A stretch of 62,923 nt of DNA, counting the filler, from Octopus bimaculoides (taxonomy: Eukaryota), in assembly GCF_001194135.2 (NCBI RefSeq). It is 7 parts of 5 records of this genome, joined end to end, with 100 filler letters (N's around TTAATTAATTAA, not from the genome) between each part and the next. Parts side by side here need not be neighbours in the genome. Positions count along the whole stretch, not along the records: positions 1 to 14,724 come from NC_069008.1; positions 14,825 to 19,744 come from NC_068988.1; positions 19,845 to 35,808 come from NC_068988.1; 4 more parts are not named here. One strand, written 5' to 3'. Position 1 is the first letter of the stretch, and every line of letters begins with the position of its first letter. The notes under the pieces were generated by a model. The model made no database searches. It was not told the origin of the DNA and saw only the letters and a program-made list of their open reading frames with translations. Position numbers and translations under genes: made by a program. Shown here piece by piece: positions 11,031 through 23,330 of the stretch.

Positions 11031-11390
11031 TTGTTGGCACTCCGTCGAGGGTTCCAGTTGATCCGATCAACGGAACAGCCTGCTCGTGAAATTAACGTGT
11101 GTGTGGCTGAGCACTCCACAGACACGTGTACCCTTAACGTAGTTCTCGGGGATATTCAGCGTGACAAGGCTGACCCTTTGAATTACAGGCACAACAATAA
11201 CAGGAAGTAAGAGAGAGAAAGTTGTGGTGAACGAGTACAGCACGGTTCGCCACCATCCCCTGCCGGAGCCTCGTAGAACTTTAGATGTTTTCGCTTAATA
11301 AACACTCACAACGCGCGGTCTGGGAATCGAAACCGCGATTCTATGACCGCAAGTCCGCTACACTAACCACTGGGCCATTGCGCCTCCACT
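11031..11390 (-). mobile_element. tRNA-derived SINE (third family)
   Basis: Minus head GTGGAGGCGCAATGGCCCAGTGGTTAG..GGTTTCGATTCCC; close copy at 46438-46808 and head fragment at about 18555-18635. Confidence 0.9.
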
Positions 11391-11567
11391 CGGATATAAT
11401 TACCTGTTAGTAAAACAAGCTCAGTCGACCAAGAGTTATTGGACTTGATTTATCGTTATACACCAGATGTCACTCAATAGACTTCATGTCATGTTTCGTA
11501 TACGGCAGAGGGCACATGCTATGATGAGGACTTGAGGGTCATCCACAGAAAAGACCGCTAAAAGGTG

Positions 11568-11609
<42 letters not shown>

Positions 11610-11879
11610 GGTGGAGAACCCTTTACGGTTGGTGCACTTTCTTTGTTTTCTCATAACTGTGAGGAATGATTAGCCTTTTTAAAAAATATATATTATACTA
11701 TGTTACCTCTACACATTGCGCTCAAATAGAAAACCAACATAAAATTATACATACTCATATTGTTCCTGTTTGCATCATCATCCATATATATAATATATAT
11801 ACCGTTCTACATCTTAGAGTGTGTTTCTTCTTTCGATTTCATGTTTATATATTTGTATATATATATAATAATAATAATA

Positions 11880-12102
11880 TTAGGGATAAAATCCAAAATT
11901 ACAGGTAAAAACTCAATTAAAATCAATTTATTAAAAATTAAAATTAAATTAAGCTTCACAGTATAAAATATATATTAACATATAGTATTAGAGAAAAGAA
12001 CCAAGGTTTATTAACTCATCGATGAAAATCCACTGTCACGTATAGAAACAGTGGATTTTCATCGATGAGTTCATAAACCTTGGTTCTTTTCCCTAGTACT
12101 AT
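11880..12102. repeat. AT-rich dispersed repeat with 55-bp terminal foldback
   Basis: 11880-12036 is the reverse complement of 52535-52690; 11982-12036 and 12048-12102 form an inverted repeat with 3 mismatches. Confidence 0.85.
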
Positions 12103-12112
12103 ATACTTTTAC

Positions 12113-12490
12113 ACTTTTACTTGTTTCAGTCTTTTGACTGCGGCCATGCTGGAGCACCGCCTTTAGTCGAAGAAATCGACCCCAGGACTTATTCTTTGGA
12201 AGCCTAGTACTTATTCTATCGGTCTCTTTTGCCGAACCACTAAGTTACGGGGACATAAACACACCAGCATCGGTTGTCAAGCGATGTTGGGGGGACAAAC
12301 ACAGACATACAAACACACACATACACATATACGACGGGCTTCTTTCAGTTTCCGTCTACCAAATCCACTCACAAGGCATTGGTCGGCCCGAGGCTATAGT
12401 AGAAGGCACTTGCCCAAGATGCCACGCAGTGGGACTGAACCCGGGACCATGTGGTTGGTAAGTAAGCTACTTACCACACAGCCACTCCTG
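12113..12490 (-). mobile_element. tRNA-derived SINE (same family as 4833-5207)
   Basis: Near-full-length copy with A/B-box-like head at the right end. Confidence 0.9.
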
Positions 12491-12950
12491 CGCCTATTAT
12501 ATATATATATAGTGATGCAAACTATAGCTATATTGCTGTAACTATCACATCTTTCTGATCAGTGATCCAGTCTTCGATGTCCGGGGTTGCTTTAGAAAAT
12601 TTTGAGTAGGCAATAATTTTTGTAAACTGTATTCTCTAAATCCGAGGGTGCACCATTATTGAATAGTGAGGGTCAGTGCGGCACTATCATGCTATTAGCT
12701 GTCAGAAGTGAAAGTGCTCACTACTAGTGAAGTATGCACCCCTTTAGCAACGGGCATGATCCGGGTTCGGTTTCTAATTGTATCCCTGCTACATATATCT
12801 GATACAAGTGTATAACTTCATACACACACACACACGCATATCTATATCTATATATATATGTATGTATGTATGTATTATCTGGCACATATAATGTCGCAAA
12901 CGTACATCACCACATGAACGTCCCACTTCAAACATATTTTCCTCATTATA

Positions 12951-12968
12951 ACTTTCTATTTCTTTCAG
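12951..12968 (+). promoter_or_regulatory. Putative 3' splice acceptor in the Tim8 5' UTR
   Basis: Polypyrimidine tract actttctatttctttcAG ending at 12968, 49 nt before the ATG; also conserved in the pseudogene copy. Confidence 0.65.
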
Positions 12969-13017
12969 TTTTCACACTTGAAACCACGACCATCTCTACC
13001 AATCTCTCTTTCGCACC

Positions 13018-13281
13018 ATGTCAAACGTCTTGAAGGATGCACGCGTGCAGCAGTTCTTGGAGATCGAATCCCAGAAACAGAAATTCCAGCAGCTGGTACA
13101 CACTCTGAATGAGCAATGTTGGGACATATGTGTGGACAAGACCGGACAGAAGTTGGACAGTCGCACCGAGTCATGCATCGCCAACTGTGTGGAACGTTTC
13201 ATTGATACGACCAATTTTGTGGTCAACCGACTGGAAAGTGTCCAGGTGACGGGGCCAGACGAAGATGAACTCATGTTGTGA
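13018..13281 (+). CDS. TIM8: Mitochondrial import inner membrane translocase subunit Tim8 (small Tim chaperone)
   Basis: 87-aa intact ORF with twin CX3C motifs (CWDIC, CIANC) and Tim8 signatures QKQKFQQLVH, KLDSRTE and CVERFIDT..RLE; uninterrupted CDS. Confidence 0.97.
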   Translation: MSNVLKDARVQQFLEIESQKQKFQQLVHTLNEQCWDICVDKTGQKLDSRTESCIANCVERFIDTTNFVVNRLESVQVTGPDEDELML

Positions 13282-13433
13282 CGACGATGATAGTGAATGA
13301 TCGTGGTGGTGATGAAAATGACGAGGAGGGTAAAGATTATGGTGAAGGTGCCTTTGTAGACAAAGTGATAGAGCTGTTTACGTAGAACCGCACACATACG
13401 TAAAGGTGGTAATGTTTTGGTTTTCGTTCATAA

Positions 13434-13439
13434 AATAAA
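13434..13439 (+). terminator. Putative polyadenylation signal of Tim8
   Basis: AATAAA about 150 nt after the stop codon; not verifiable without transcripts. Confidence 0.5.
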
Positions 13440-14243
13440 TTAATCCTCTATTTCTTGTGGAGAGTAACATTCTTTCAGTTTCGTCCCACAAGAGACAGCT
13501 TATTTGACGTAAACTGTTCCTTCTTTACTGGTACTTTACCATTATAATCTTAACTGCTGTTTCTAGCATAAATGTTAACTTGAATGCTGTTGATTGTAAC
13601 TTCGAAGTTTCGGCCAGACCGAAACTTTGAAGTCATTGTCAACAACATTCTTGTTTAAAAATAAATCTGTATTCTACAAAAGTGTAGAGTAACCCATCAA
13701 ATTAATGCCATTTTATTTTCTATTGTAACTGAACATAAAAAACAGTCGTTAATCTATCAACTCCATTACTGACCGGTCAAAACCAGCGACTTTTACACAC
13801 ACACACACTCATATTATATATATGTGTGTATGTATTTAGGCGTGGCACAAGCATGTTTAAGAAGTTTGCTTCGCAATCACATGGTTTCCTGTTTAGTACC
13901 TTGGGCAAGTATCTTCCACAATATTTCCAGGCTGACCAATGCCTTGTGAGTGAATTTTGTTAAACTGTGTGTGTCTTTCTGTTAATTTCCCCATCACCGT
14001 TTATCTTTAAATGACATTGTTGGGTAGTTGTGAGAGGCCAGATGTGGACAGTTTCAACATAAAAACAAGTTGACTATTTGGGTCAGATATAGCTGGTCTA
14101 AATGTTAAAGCAGCGGTTCTCAACTAGGTCCATACAGGCCCTGAAATTCCAAATATAAGATTTATAGGGAACAACATAACAAAATAGTATATTAGGGATC
14201 CGCAATAAAATCTGAAGGCCCCTGAGAAAAGTTTGCATTAGAT

Positions 14244-14391
14244 CAGTGGTTCCCAGCCTTTTCACTACCAAGGAACTCCTTTATTTAAATGAGTTTTCCC
14301 ACAGACCTCAGGATATTGAAAGGTCTGTCAGCTTAACATGTTCCCGGACTACCCGGTACTACCATTGTGGACCACAGGTTGGGAACCACTG
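14244..14391. mobile_element. hAT-type MITE (148 bp)
   Basis: Terminal inverted repeats CAGTGGTTCCCAGCCT and AGGTTGGGAACCACTG (15/16 match); no 8-bp TSD seen. Confidence 0.75.
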
Positions 14392-14529
14392 CGGTACTAT
14401 TCAAGAAGAGTGGTCCCGGTGCGCACACTTGCGCTAGTTAATCATGACTAGTTGATCCTACAACAACTATTTAGCGCGAATGCGCAAAACATGTATGAGG
14501 GTTTTTTTTAAAACAAAGTAAATAAATTT

Positions 14530-14724
14530 TTTTTTTTTTGTTGAATCTTCCCCATCTTAGTCTTAAAACTTCGTTTTACGTTCTTCCAAGGTGTATTTTG
14601 GTGTCGCATCTATTTCAGTAATCCCATTGTACGACGCACTCCAACAATCAGAACATATAGTCGTCCCTGGTTTGATAAATTTTTTAATAAGTGGAAGAAG
14701 AGTTTCAGAAGAACGGTCAGGTAC
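14530..14724 (-). mobile_element. Merlin (IS1016/ISXO2-like) DDE transposase fragment
   Basis: Reverse complement reads VPDRSSETLLPLIKKFIKPGTTICSDCWSASYNGI and, after a deletion/frameshift, WKNVKRSFKTKMG; both are typical Merlin motifs. Cut by a gap at 14725. Confidence 0.8.
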
Positions 14725-17214
14725 NNNNNNNNNNNNNNNNNNNNNNNNNNNNNNNNNNNNNNNNNNNNTTAATTAATTAANNNNNNNNNNNNNNNNNNNN
14801 NNNNNNNNNNNNNNNNNNNNNNNNCACACATATATATATATATGCATGCATACACACACACATACACACACACATACACACACAAAGATGTATATGCAGA
14901 ATGAAATTTGGTTGCTATCTGTAGAAGTTCGAGTCGACGTCTCTGTAGCTTCCCCTTTGAATCGTATCTCTTCGTTTTTGTATTATAGAAATCATTGGAT
15001 TTAAGTCTTTATACGATGCAGCTAGAAATAATTATACGAAGAACTGTTTAAAACCATATTCATAAAACTTACATCTTAACAAACCTATTCATTTCTTTCA
15101 TTACTCATACGTTTTCACACATTAAGTTTGGCTCTGATCGGAGAGCCCTACACTAAACAGTTTTCCAGATGTGATTATCTTTTCTGTTTGTAAATGAAGG
15201 ACTATATTGTTTAACAAAGCCTTCCCTTTTGAAGACGGTTGGAGGTGTGATTTTAAAGAGATTTTACTACTTATTTTTATCTTGGGGTTGACCTATAATA
15301 GAGAGGACCAGATAGGACTATCGCTTATTTTGATAATAGGACAACATTCTTCAGTTTATCCGTTATGAAGATAGTGTGATATGATTTGTGTGATATTTGG
15401 TTGCTATCTCTAGCAGCTTAACCTGCTACATATAGCGTTCTTTAGCTGTTGTTTAGCCCCTGATGTAGCAATGATAAAATACATTCCGACTGTGACTATC
15501 CTGTCTGCATTTTGGAATTAAATTCTCCAGTTTTTATTCTTCTAGTAGAATAAACAAAGCGAAATGGTTTTGCTCTTAGACCGAAAAGTGTATTGTGGTT
15601 GGAATAGCTGTATGCAGTGCCCTTATAAGGCACGGGCATACTGTACAGTTGTCCAGGTTCCTCACGAATCTAGCCACCAAACTTTCATCTGCGTACCTTG
15701 ATCTCTTTGGTCCAGAGTACTGATTTGCCTGGGGCCCTATAATGCTGTTAAGACGGCCCCTGCTACATGGCAAGCATATACCTCATAACTGAGTTCTGAA
15801 TTTATTAAAACAGGTGTCCCCCTAAATCATTCAGTAATTATGAACGTCGTTAGATTGCGTTGCAGAGATATAACATATCACTGCGATCATTCGATGAAAC
15901 TTCATGTTAACTAATAATCATACGATTAAGCCCTTGTGCCTCAGGCTATAGGGTTGTACTCCTAAGTTTTTATTTAGTTTAATAAACATTGTTCAACACG
16001 TTAAAAAATGTTTTCTTATTTTGACACAAGGCCAGCAATTTTAGGGGAAGGGATGAGTCTATTACATCGATCCCAATTCTAGACTAGTATTCTATTTTTT
16101 ATCAACCTCGAAAAGACGAGAGCAAGGTTGACCTCAGAGAGCAAAGTTGACCTGAGTTCATGAAGAGCCGAAAGAAGCGCTACCGATTCTGGCAGCCTGT
16201 CGCTTTTTAGTATGTTTAATTATTCTCTTTACTGCAGTTAGAAAGCCTGAAATTTTTGGGGAAGGGACAGGACAGGTCAATTATGTCTTAGAACTCAATT
16301 GGTACTTATTTTATCGACCCCGAATTGATAAAAGTCAAAGTTTCAGAACGTTAAACGGGAAGAAGTGACACCAAGCATTATGTCCGCTGTGCGAAGGTTC
16401 CTGCCAACTCGCGCCATAAAGTTCCAAATTTTGGCACTAGGCTAGCAATTGATGTAGGTGTTAGTCAATTACGTAATTGTGCATTTTTTTTCTTTTTCAT
16501 CCACCCCGAAAGAATAATAGGCAAAGTCGAGATTTGAGCTCAGAGAGTAAAGAGCTGGAAGAAAAACTGCTAAGCATTTTGTCAGAATCGTGCTAACGAT
16601 TCTGGCAGCTCGTTGCCTCTTAACGTGTTTAAATAAAAAAAAAGAAAAAAAAACAAAAACAAACAACAAAACTAGTGCGATGAAATATACTAAACTTGGA
16701 GTATTTGATTACACTAAGAATTTCTGACTTGATTCCAAACAGTCAGTATTGGAATAAAACAACATTTCTACTGAAAACTCAAGGTAATGTCACTTTGAGT
16801 TGACAGTTATATTAGATTTTCAGCAGTAAATTAATAGAGGAAAAATATTTACAATATTTGAATTACGTTAGATTGTATTTTGTATGATAATTTAAAAAAC
16901 AAAAATGTAATCCTAATATTTTTTCAAATTATTTTTCCTGGTTGACCTCAAGAGAATTGAAAGCTATTTACTAAAATTATATACATAAAAAAAAAAATGC
17001 ATCTTTTGACTCCGCTTTCATCTTGTTACAAAAGTGCACAAAACATTGTTAATATGAAATTTAATATAAGAATGCTGTAATTATATTTATCTACAAACTG
17101 AATTGTCTTTCATAATTTTCTCGGACTGAGTCGTTCGTCTAATGTTTAATTCTGTGTGTGTGTATGTGTGTGTTGTTGCTGTTGTCTGGTATGTATTGTT
17201 ATTGTTTGTTCCTT

Positions 17215-17495
17215 CTCGTGCCATGCCTGGTTCATATGGGCCGGTTTCCCGGTTTCATTGGCGTCATAGGTTCCCCACCTGGATGGAATGCCGGTCAGTC
17301 GCGGGTGAGTTGCTCGATGCAGGAGGACGGAGTGAGAGTAACTTGTGGTGAAGGAGTCAGCAGTAGTTCTGCCGGAGCCACGTTGAACTGTACGTGTTTC
17401 GCTTATAAACACATACATTGCCCGGTCTGAGATGCGAACCCGCGATCTCTCAACCACGAGTCCGCTGCTCTAACCACTAAACCAGATGCCTCTAC
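17215..17495 (-). mobile_element. tRNA-derived SINE with a body resembling Meta/V-type SINE central domains
   Basis: Minus head GTAGAGGCATCTGGTTTAGTGGTTAG..GGGTTCGCATCTC; body contains gactgaccggcattccatccagg..gaaaccgggaaaccggccc. Domain assignment is from recall only. Confidence 0.6.
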
Positions 17496-18152
17496 ATCTG
17501 ATATGCATAAGTGTTTTTAATCTTTTTTATAAAGCTAAACCATTCAAGTAGTAAGAAATAATGGCTTCAAATTTTGGCACAAAGCCAGCAATTTTAGAGG
17601 AGGAGCACATGCATTACATCAGTTCCAGTGTTCAACTGGTACTTATTTTATCGACTCCAAAACGATGGAAGCCAAGATCGACCTCGGGAGAATTTGAACT
17701 CAGAACGTAAAGAGCCGGAAGAAATACCGCTAAACATTTTGTTCGACGCGATGTCAATTCTGCTAGGTCGTCGGCTTAGTTATGAAAAATAAAACAAGTC
17801 GATGGTTCGTACTTTTACCTTTTTTTTTTTTTTTAAGTAGGAACCTTTCGGGTCCTAGCTCCACTGAAATAGAAGGTAAAGGTATTTCTTATAACTTGCA
17901 TAGTGTTGTCTTCATAGGGCCATGCTGGAGCACCGCGGCACCACGTTGAAGAATTTTAGTCGAACGGATCGACCCGTTTCTTATTTCAAGGCCTGGTACT
18001 TATTCTGTCGTTCTCTTTTTGCTGAACCGATAAGTTACGAGTGAAGCGGTTGTGTCAAGTGGTTGTGGGGGGACAAACCGTGGTACAAAGACACACACAC
18101 ATACACACAATATATATATGTATGTATATGTTGAGTATTATATACATATACA

Positions 18153-18255
18153 CACATACCGAAGTTCAGAAATAGCAGCTAAAATGTGAGTTATAAGTAT
18201 TGCTATCTGTTGGAGTTTCAACATTTTAGCTGCTATTTCTGAACTTCGGTATGTG
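18153..18255. repeat. Perfect 35-bp inverted repeat with 33-nt loop
   Basis: cacataccgaagttcagaaatagcagctaaaatgt (18153-18187) is the exact reverse complement of 18221-18255. Confidence 0.95.
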
Positions 18256-18733
18256 GTGAAGCAACTGTTGCTGATCCTTTAATTATGTTTATAAATGTAT
18301 AAGAACTTTTAAATAAGTTCTTCACCGATAATGGTGTTTACATACCGAAGGGTTTGGTAAAAATTATTAATTATTTATTTATTAATAAATTAATAAATTG
18401 ATAATCCTTTACCCTTTTATTTGTAATAATATATGTGTGTGTATGTATATATATATATGTATACCAAGAAAGAAAAACACAGTTTAAACATGGATTCTAA
18501 GCAAAAAATCTCAGTTCCAGATCAATCGCTTCAGGCAATAGCAGTCAAAGCACCATCAGTCATCTTGGGGAATCGAAACCGCGATCCCACGACCGCGAGT
18601 CTGCTGCCCTAACCACTGGGTCATTGCGCCTCCACACACATACACACGCACGCACGCACNNNNNNNNNNNNNNNNNNNNNNNNNNNNNNNNNNNNNNNNN
18701 NNNNNNNNNNNNNNNNNNNNNNNNNNNNNNNNN

Positions 18734-18790
<57 letters not shown>

Positions 18791-19368
18791 GTATCAATAA
18801 ATTACTTTGAAAAAAAATTAAGAAAAGAGATGATGAAAAATAAGGATAACTCAGCAGAGTTTATTGGTAAACAAATAAAGTTTTATCAGAAATATCAGAA
18901 CACTTCCACGTGGGTTCCGTTGGTGGCACGCGGCACATCTAGACGAAACGATACAATAAATTGTGGAAGTTATAAAGATAATTTATGAACACTTTGTACA
19001 TACATTCATACATACATACAGACAGACAAACAGACTGACAAACAAACAAACAGACACATAGACAGACAAATAAGTAGATAGATAGATAGATAGATAGATA
19101 AATAGATAGATGAATAGATAGATAGATAGAGGCAAATACCTACGTACACACACACATATTTGTGTTTACATGAATCTATATATGGCTAGGTTTAGCTTTT
19201 ATTGCTTCAAGTATGTCTGTGTTTAAACTAAACATTGATCTCCAAAAGTTTTAATTCCATCTTTCTCCAAGATATGAACGAATAGATATATACATACAAC
19301 CATACGCACGTACATACATATACAGACGTACACACATACACACTTACATACGTAAATACATGTATATG

Positions 19369-19407
<39 letters not shown>

Positions 19408-19710
19408 ATTTGGTGATTATAGCGAAAAATAGCTTTAAATGAGGGTTTCATGATCAGTCTCAGACATTAAAAGATAAGCTTTTCTAGATAGCGTTCGGGG
19501 AATTAATAAACAGACATTTTGGTTAGCATCTGTATGGATACACAGATACATGTATAAACACATATTTAAACATATACACCCATGCGTACACTCGAAAATA
19601 TATATATATTCATATATCTTTAAATGCATGCACACACAAATAAATGACAAAGTAAAAATATGTGGACCGTTCTAGAAGTTTAGCCGCTAGAAAATAGACA
19701 TGTATTGACA

Positions 19711-19744
<34 letters not shown>

Positions 19745-20629
19745 NNNNNNNNNNNNNNNNNNNNNNNNNNNNNNNNNNNNNNNNNNNNTTAATTAATTAA
19801 NNNNNNNNNNNNNNNNNNNNNNNNNNNNNNNNNNNNNNNNNNNNACATGTTTACTGATTTCTGCCATTGGGCTGCGGCCATGCTGGAGCACTACCTCGAA
19901 CCGTTTCAGTCGAACAAATGGATTCCAGTTCTTATTTATTAAATCTACCACTGATTCTATCAGTTATTTTTACCAAACTGCAACACCATGGGTGCCTTTA
20001 GCGGAGTCCACTCGGTTAGAAGTATTCAGGACAAGTCTTCAGTCTCAGCATACCTCTCTATCCTCCCTTTAGTCTCAGGGACCCTGCAAAGGGTCACGAC
20101 GGGTCATGGGCAATCCTTCTCAGTGTATCAATCCCGCAAGCGTGAAAAGTAGAGTTGCCTCTGGTGAGGGATATTTGAACCGAGAATGTTGTGATACTGA
20201 TTCAGTTTCGATTCTTGCCCGTGTCACTTTCTAAGACCCTTACAAGTGGACTGAACGCCGTACGACATTCCCATCTGCTTCTTCAAAACCAGCCTGAACA
20301 ACTGAAATATAATAATCTAGCATTTCTCTTGAACGTACCGAACGTGTCATGTCCTCCGTTTATTATCTTCAAGTCTCGGCTCCAACGCCCACTTCACTAT
20401 CAAACTCAACCCTATTAGTAAACGTCTCTTATCACTGGAGGTGTGTAGCAGCTGGTCCGAGGTGAGACGAGGCAACCTGACGGCCGCATTAATGGTTGCA
20501 CCTTGGTTCATATCCTCCTACGGCACCACCCTTCCCCCCACCCCTACCACTGCATGAGCATGACTCACCTTTTCACACATTGCTATACATTTGTGGTTTC
20601 CTAACACCCCCACTCCCCCGACACTGTCC

Positions 20630-21060
20630 CTCACTCTCTCTTTCTCTCCTCTCAGTCCCCTCCCTCTCTCTTCTAACTTACGCTCCCCCCCAGCTCTCTC
20701 TCTCTCTTTTTCTCCTTCTTCAGGTCTCCCCCTCTCTCTCTCTCTCTCACAGACACTCCCTTTCATGAGCTCCTCTTTCTCTCTCTCCCTCACTCTCTCA
20801 CACTCCCTCTCACGAACTCATTTTTCTCACTCTTTCCAGTACTCTTCCTTTCTCTATAGCTCCCTCTCTCTCACCAACCCTCTCTCCAGGTCCATCGCCT
20901 GCTCTCTCTTTCTCTATCTCTCCAACTCTTGTCTCTGTCTCTGTAGCCCTGTCTCTCCCTCTCTCTCCTCCTTCTCCCTTCTCCCTTCTTTTCTCCCCTT
21001 CTCTCTCCCACTTTCCCAATTCTCTCTCCCTCTCCCCCTCTCTCCCTCTCCCCCTCTCTC
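20630..21060. repeat. CT-rich polypyrimidine low-complexity tract
   Basis: Interrupted (CT)n/(CCT)n; source of spurious Ser/Leu and Arg/Glu ORFs. Confidence 0.9.
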
Positions 21061-21337
21061 CAAAAACATTTTATAATTAATGGTTCCTTATTTTGGGGAC
21101 AAGAGTAACAAATTTTTGAAGGGAGAGGATTAGTAAATTACATCAACCTCAGAACATGACTGGTATATTCTTTTATCGACATCGAAGGAATGAAAGGCAG
21201 AGTTGACCTCGCCGGGATTTGAACTCAGGACGCAAAGCGAAGGAATAACTGCCGCAAAACATTTTGTTCAACGCTCTAATAATTCTGCCAATCCATTGTC
21301 CCCACTTCACGTGGACTCGTTATACAAATATGAATTA

Positions 21338-21730
21338 GGCGCAGGCGTGGCTGTGTAGTAAGAAGTTTGCTTCCCAACCACATGGTTTCAAGTTCAGTCC
21401 CACTGCATGGCACTTCGGGCAAGTGTCTTCTACTCTAACCTCGGGCCGACCAAAGACTTGTGAATGGATTCCTTGTGATGGAAACTGAAAGAAGCCTGTC
21501 GTATATATCTATGTGTGTATAGGCGTGTTTGTATCTGTTGCCTTCACTTCTTGACAATCGCTGTTAGTTTATTTACGCCCCTGTGACCTAGTGATTCGGC
21601 AAAACCGACTGATAGAATAAATATCAGACGTAAAACAGATATGAGTATGGGTTCGATTCATTCGACTAAAATCCTTCAAGGCGGTGCCCCAGCATGGCCG
21701 CAGTCCAACGATTGAAAGAAGTAAAAGATA
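21338..21730 (+). mobile_element. tRNA-derived SINE (same family as 4833-5207), diverged
   Basis: Head GGCGTGGCTGTGTAGTAAG..AGTTCAGTCCC; tail cagcatggccgcagtc. Confidence 0.85.
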
Positions 21731-22077
21731 AAAGTACAAAATAAATTAACAAATACTTGATTGTGTTCTTGTGAATGAACGTCCTGTTGTTGTTGTTGTT
21801 GTTGTTTAGTTTTTGTTGAGCTCTAAATTAATTAGACCGCGTGATCAGAAACGTTCCAGCCATGACTAATCCGTCTATTTTTTTTAGCAGGTCAGACGAC
21901 CGCCTTTAAAACTTCCTTTCTGGCTCAAGATGGCTGACCGAGTTCTGATAAAGCTTTATTCATATTTTACTTCTTGTTTGTAGTAGTAGTAGGAGTAGTA
22001 CAGGCGGTGGTGGTGGCCATATCCACTAACAAGGCGCACCTGTCTTTTCCCTTCATCTATTATCTTTTAAGTTTAAA

Positions 22078-22440
22078 CTTGTTTCAGTCATTAGACTGCG
22101 GCCACGCTGGGACACCACTTTGAAGGGTTTCAGTCGAACAGATCGACCCCAGGAGATTGTGTATTTTTTTAAAGTCTGGTACATTATCAGTCTCTTTTAC
22201 CGAAGTGCTACGTTACATGGACGTAAACAAACAAACACTGGGGGCTAAGCAGTGGGAGTGGATAACAAACACGGACACACACTCAAATGCACGCATGTAC
22301 ACATGCACAAACGCACACACTTTTATGTATGACGGGATTTCTCACAGTTTCCAACTACGAAATCCTTTCACAAGGCTTCGGTCGGTGAAATAGTAGAAGA
22401 CTTTTGCCCAAGTTGCCGCGCAGTGAGATCGAACCCAAAA
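22078..22440 (-). mobile_element. tRNA-derived SINE, diverged copy
   Basis: gtttcagtcattagactgcggccacgctgg tail through to a degenerate head. Confidence 0.8.
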
Positions 22441-22929
22441 CCAAATCGTTGCCTGTGTCTATATATCTCTGAGACCTCTAATAAACAGGTGGTGGTGGTG
22501 CCGCTGGATTGGAGATGAACCGCTTTGATATTTTTGTCTTTCTCGAAACACGTAAAACAGGACAAACTCTGTTTTAACATTTAAAGTTATGAACTAAGAA
22601 ATTTTAATTAAAATGACATTCGTAATGAGGAAAAAGTATAATTAACTTAATGGATAATTATGGTAAAAAAAAAAAAGACAAGGGAGATAATTATGATAAT
22701 GATTGTTTCTCCTCGCCAGGGGTGTAGTTTTTAATAAATTAGAATTTTGGGGTTCTCTACATTATGTTTGTATGAACTTTACCATGTGGTTCTTATGCAA
22801 AAAGCGTTCCTTGGTATTTTCCGATGGTTCCTAAGACGAGGCAACCAATTACAGACAATAACCGCGATCGAGTTTCAGATTCTGTGTGCTGAAAAATTTC
22901 TTTTAACTATGGATGTACGTACATACATG

Positions 22930-23330
22930 ATGGCCGTCCACTCGTGACCAAAGAAGACCATTTCCGACCTTCAGGAGCATTGTGCGCTCTAGCACTAACT
23001 TATATTTTGCATTTGCGGCTCCGTTGGTGGCTAATGAGCCCAGCTGTTGACAAGCATACACGACTGCAAACATTGCAAACCAAGCTCTCCCCATTCACCA
23101 CACCCGCCCATACATACATACATACATACATACATACATACATACATACATACATACATACATACATACATACATACATACATACATACATACTTGCATG
23201 CATGAATGAATGATGGCTGCCTCATCTTGCCAGAGGACAGTTGCCTCACATTTAGCCTCATTTGTTCTGATTTACTTTCATCCTTGCACGTTCGCAGATA
23301 CGATTTTTTTACGTCGCCGTGCATCCATCG
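22930..23330 (-). mobile_element. RTE-clade LINE 3' end, interrupted by (CATA)n
   Basis: Reverse complement encodes CNVCSRVCLSTAGLISHQRSRKC-stop, a zinc-finger-like C-terminus typical of RTE ORFs; (CATA)n at about 23109-23192. Confidence 0.7.

Noticed and set aside
11310-11390. tRNA-like cloverleaf with A and B boxes
   Set aside because: It is the head of a multi-copy SINE (no proper acceptor stem, continues into the SINE body), not a tRNA gene.
12011-12075. CGATGA..GAA motifs in the foldback repeat (also 52550) and CTAACGA..GAAAC at about 6282-6375 as hammerheads
   Set aside because: Core deviates from CTGANGA and helices I/II cannot be formed convincingly.
12996-13397. 133-aa minus-strand ORF overlapping Tim8 (and plus ORFs at 6934-7368)
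   Set aside because: Antisense shadow frames of the Tim8 CDS and its pseudogene.
14769-14780. TTAATTAATTAA islands inside N runs (also 19789, 35853, 44599, 46944, 56503)
   Set aside because: Always centred between two 44-N blocks (100 bp total) and contains stops in all frames: an assembly gap spacer, not biology.
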